Part shown: positions 61,561 through 64,000 of the stretch, in pieces
How positions within the stretch are numbered: position 1 is the stretch's first letter
Layout: each line of letters begins with the position of its first letter
Source: Massalongia carnosa
Lineage: Eukaryota
DNA length: 64,000 nucleotides
Assembly (NCBI GenBank): GCA_965645245.1
Contig: OZ287072.1
Location: forward strand, 558,001-622,000
Direction: 5' to 3'
Program-made: the position numbers and the translations under genes
The notes under the pieces: generated by a model
Told to the model about the DNA's origin: nothing
The model's database searches: none
Seen by the model: the letters and a program-made list of their open reading frames with translations, nothing else

Positions 61561-63389
61561 CAAAGTAGTACCACAGCATTCTTTCTCATTCAGACGACAA
61601 GAGACCTTAGGCGATACCAGAAAAAGAAAATAATGAAAGATCTGCATTACAGAGCTTCCCCAACGACAAGGAAATCGACACCTGGATTGACGGTCATTTC
61701 AACCTACCAAGTACTTCCATACCCATGACGAGGTTTGGTATGATGATAGATTCTATCAACGTTGGAGTATCGATGTTATGGTATCATGTTGATAGTTGAA
61801 GGTCGTCCTTTATGATGTTCATCAAGTTCAGGATCGATTTTTGTTGCTACAGTCCCGAATGGGTTAACTAGTTAGCATCGCCGCCCTTGTTCAGACACGA
61901 ACCAACCTGCGCTCACCCACTACCTAGGCTGTTCGCCCTCTGCTCAAGCGCCTTCCCTCTTGTTCTCCGACAATGCAATCCTTTAGTCTCTGACCAGTTG
62001 CCCTGTCGTATCTTTTTTGTCAACTTTAGACGGTAATTCGCATATGCCCAGCTTCGGGACCCGGAGGCGCCGAAATGGGAACCATCCGAAACCACACACG
62101 CATAAACTAAGGCGAGGTCACACCTTCACCCTCGGGTCTATGTGGAAAAGGGATCGCCCCTTGTTGAGGGGTGCTCCGCCGTCAGGTCTTTATATGTTGC
62201 CTTCCCCTTTCTTCCCCCGCTGCTACTTTCCTATCCTAATTACCTGTCTTCAACCTCAATTTTCAAAAGTTCTGTCGATTATCGAAAGATCCCTCCGCTC
62301 TCAAGTTTTCGTCCTTATCTCCTTCTCTTCTGCTGCTTAGTTTCAATCCCCAATGCCGACTCAGAGCTCAGCTCACAATCTTTTCGAGCGGGCCCGGTTG
62401 AGAGACTCCGAGAAGAACAAAGATCACATCATCAATGGAGAAGAAGTAAAAAAATAACTTCAGTTATTAACGAAGAGAAATTATGGTCGCGCTCTAGCGC
62501 TTTGGCAGCGGTAGGTAAATCAACCAGGATTTAGAAAGGAATCCTTTTCTGACGCTTCCGTCCTTCCACGGTGAACATATATGAAACTCGACATTCCGAT
62601 TTCGCTTCGATCAAAACCGAGGCGCCGACATACTTTGCAAGGATTGCTTTTTATAAATTTGAGGGCAAGCAAGATTATCTTGACGTATGCTTGACTTTCG
62701 TCGTCCAGATCTATAAAAATTTTACTGCTGGCTGGCAGTGGGTCAGTCATGAGAAGATCGACGACAGCGTAACGCTTTCTACCTTGAACGTAAGTTTCCG
62801 ATAGTCATAATGACTGGATCTCGCTCGCCTGCATTAGGATCACTGTCTCCAACAATCCTGTAGTTATCAAGTATCCTTTATAAGAAGAGCTTGGACTAGG
62901 ACGCAAAAAATGCGAGAGATGCTATGGCGCATGATTGACTTTCTCCATCTCAGGACACAGCTATGGCAAAACGACTAGCACATGTACGATAAGCCAGGGG
63001 TCAGAGTGGATGTGTGGGCAGTGGTTCAGCTCAACGTATCTACTTCAGCTAGAGTGAGCGAATTCCTAGAATGGACATGCGGTGCAGGCCTAGCAGAGGC
63101 CTACATTATCTCGTTATAGTCAAGATAATTGGTAGGTAAACGCTGTCAGCTAAGCTGCATCGAACAGGACGTTACCTATACAGTCTTGCGTAATGAGCGC
63201 GGAAAGTAGAATCGAAGGGGCCAATAACTTATCTATGTAGTCGCCAGGTTTGAAGTGGAATAGTGAGTGACCCAGTCTCGAGTGCTCTAAGCAAACGTCA
63301 TTGCTCTTTTCATGCGACTTCGTACATAGCCACGCGCATGACAAAAAAACGCCACACCAAAATCTTGCCCCATTCCTCATTAATTCATC

Positions 63390-63725
63390 ATGAATCAATT
63401 CAACCTTTCTAATTCTTCGTCGCATGAGTTTCAAAAACATTATGATACTTCCATGAAAGCTAAAGTGCAAGGAGTCGTCGAATTCTGTAGGGAAATGGGA
63501 ATTCCGTATTGCAAGGAGGAAGTTTTTCGAATGTTCGACATCGGACGAGAATGTGATTATCATTATTTGCGAAGAAATCTTCGAGAAGACTACTACTCAT
63601 TAAGAAATTGATTTATGAGGAATGAAGTCATGTTTCGCAGGGATTTGTCAACGAAAAAGTAGCCACAATGACTGAACGTCTTCGAGCAATAATAGCAGGT
63701 GAAGGCAAAATAACAGGTTATTGAA
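63390..63725 (+). mobile_element. Remnant of a Tc1-like transposase (N- and C-termini only)
   Basis: HYDTSMKAKVQGVVEFC..GIPYCKEEVFRMF followed directly by FVNEKVATMTERLRAIIAGEGKITGY*, a Tc1-type C-terminus. The DDE core is missing and no TIR pair was found. Confidence 0.6.
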
Positions 63726-64000
63726 TAAAGCTGTTTTGGAGCAATACCAGAGGGAGATGCAGGCTGACTTGTAAACAACTACAATTCTCAGCCAGACATC
63801 AACGACCCGCTGAGTCAATGACGTGCGTACGACCAAACAAAGAGCACATGCAAAATTCAGCCTAAGCTATGTCATCCACTCAGAAACGTCATGCAATAAT
63901 TCGAGATCATTTAAATTACTATCACATTTACTATCACATTATTATATTATTATCACATCATAAATCATTGCTATCTATATCTACAATGGATTCTGTATCC

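Noticed and set aside
63179..63200. TA|CAGT as the left TIR of the terminal Tc1 relic
   Set aside because: No matching inverted copy was found in the window.
1..64000. Starship element, secondary-metabolite cluster, tRNA or rRNA genes
   Set aside because: No tyrosine-recombinase captain, PKS, NRPS or terpene synthase, or structural-RNA signature was seen. The TFs, MFS transporter and oxygenase are interspersed with housekeeping genes.

Overview
Eukaryotic, intron-containing DNA from a filamentous ascomycete (Pezizomycotina; inferred from short GT-AG introns with CTRAC branch points and from the fungal gene families present). Genes I can model: a CBM19-like Ser/Thr-rich secreted protein, an S1/P1 nuclease, two Zn2Cys6 transcription factors, Atf1/AtfA, TEN1, SNF7, an FHA-forkhead factor (Fhl1-like), a GT8 (Gnt1-like), a frameshifted aspartic-peptidase-like membrane protein, a DHA1 MFS transporter, coatomer alpha, a kelch membrane protein, a DsbA/FrnE-like protein and a 2OG-Fe(II) oxygenase. 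There are also two pseudogenes (Mid2-like and HET). Between the genes are several transposon relics, some with visible ends: a 5'-truncated Tad1-like LINE with a 14-bp TSD, a DD34E Tc1 element with 26-bp TIRs and an internal deletion, a chimeric pogo/Fot1 locus whose transposase carries an intron, a 397-bp MITE with an 8-bp TSD, and a ~950-bp 23-mer array with Helitron-like borders. The best candidate for something undescribed is a 127-aa membrane-protein-like ORF nested on the same strand inside a 792-nt intron that splits the HxD motif of the 2OG oxygenase. I see no multi-gene novel system (no Starship captain, biosynthetic cluster or CRISPR). All family calls are by motif recognition; no searches were run.
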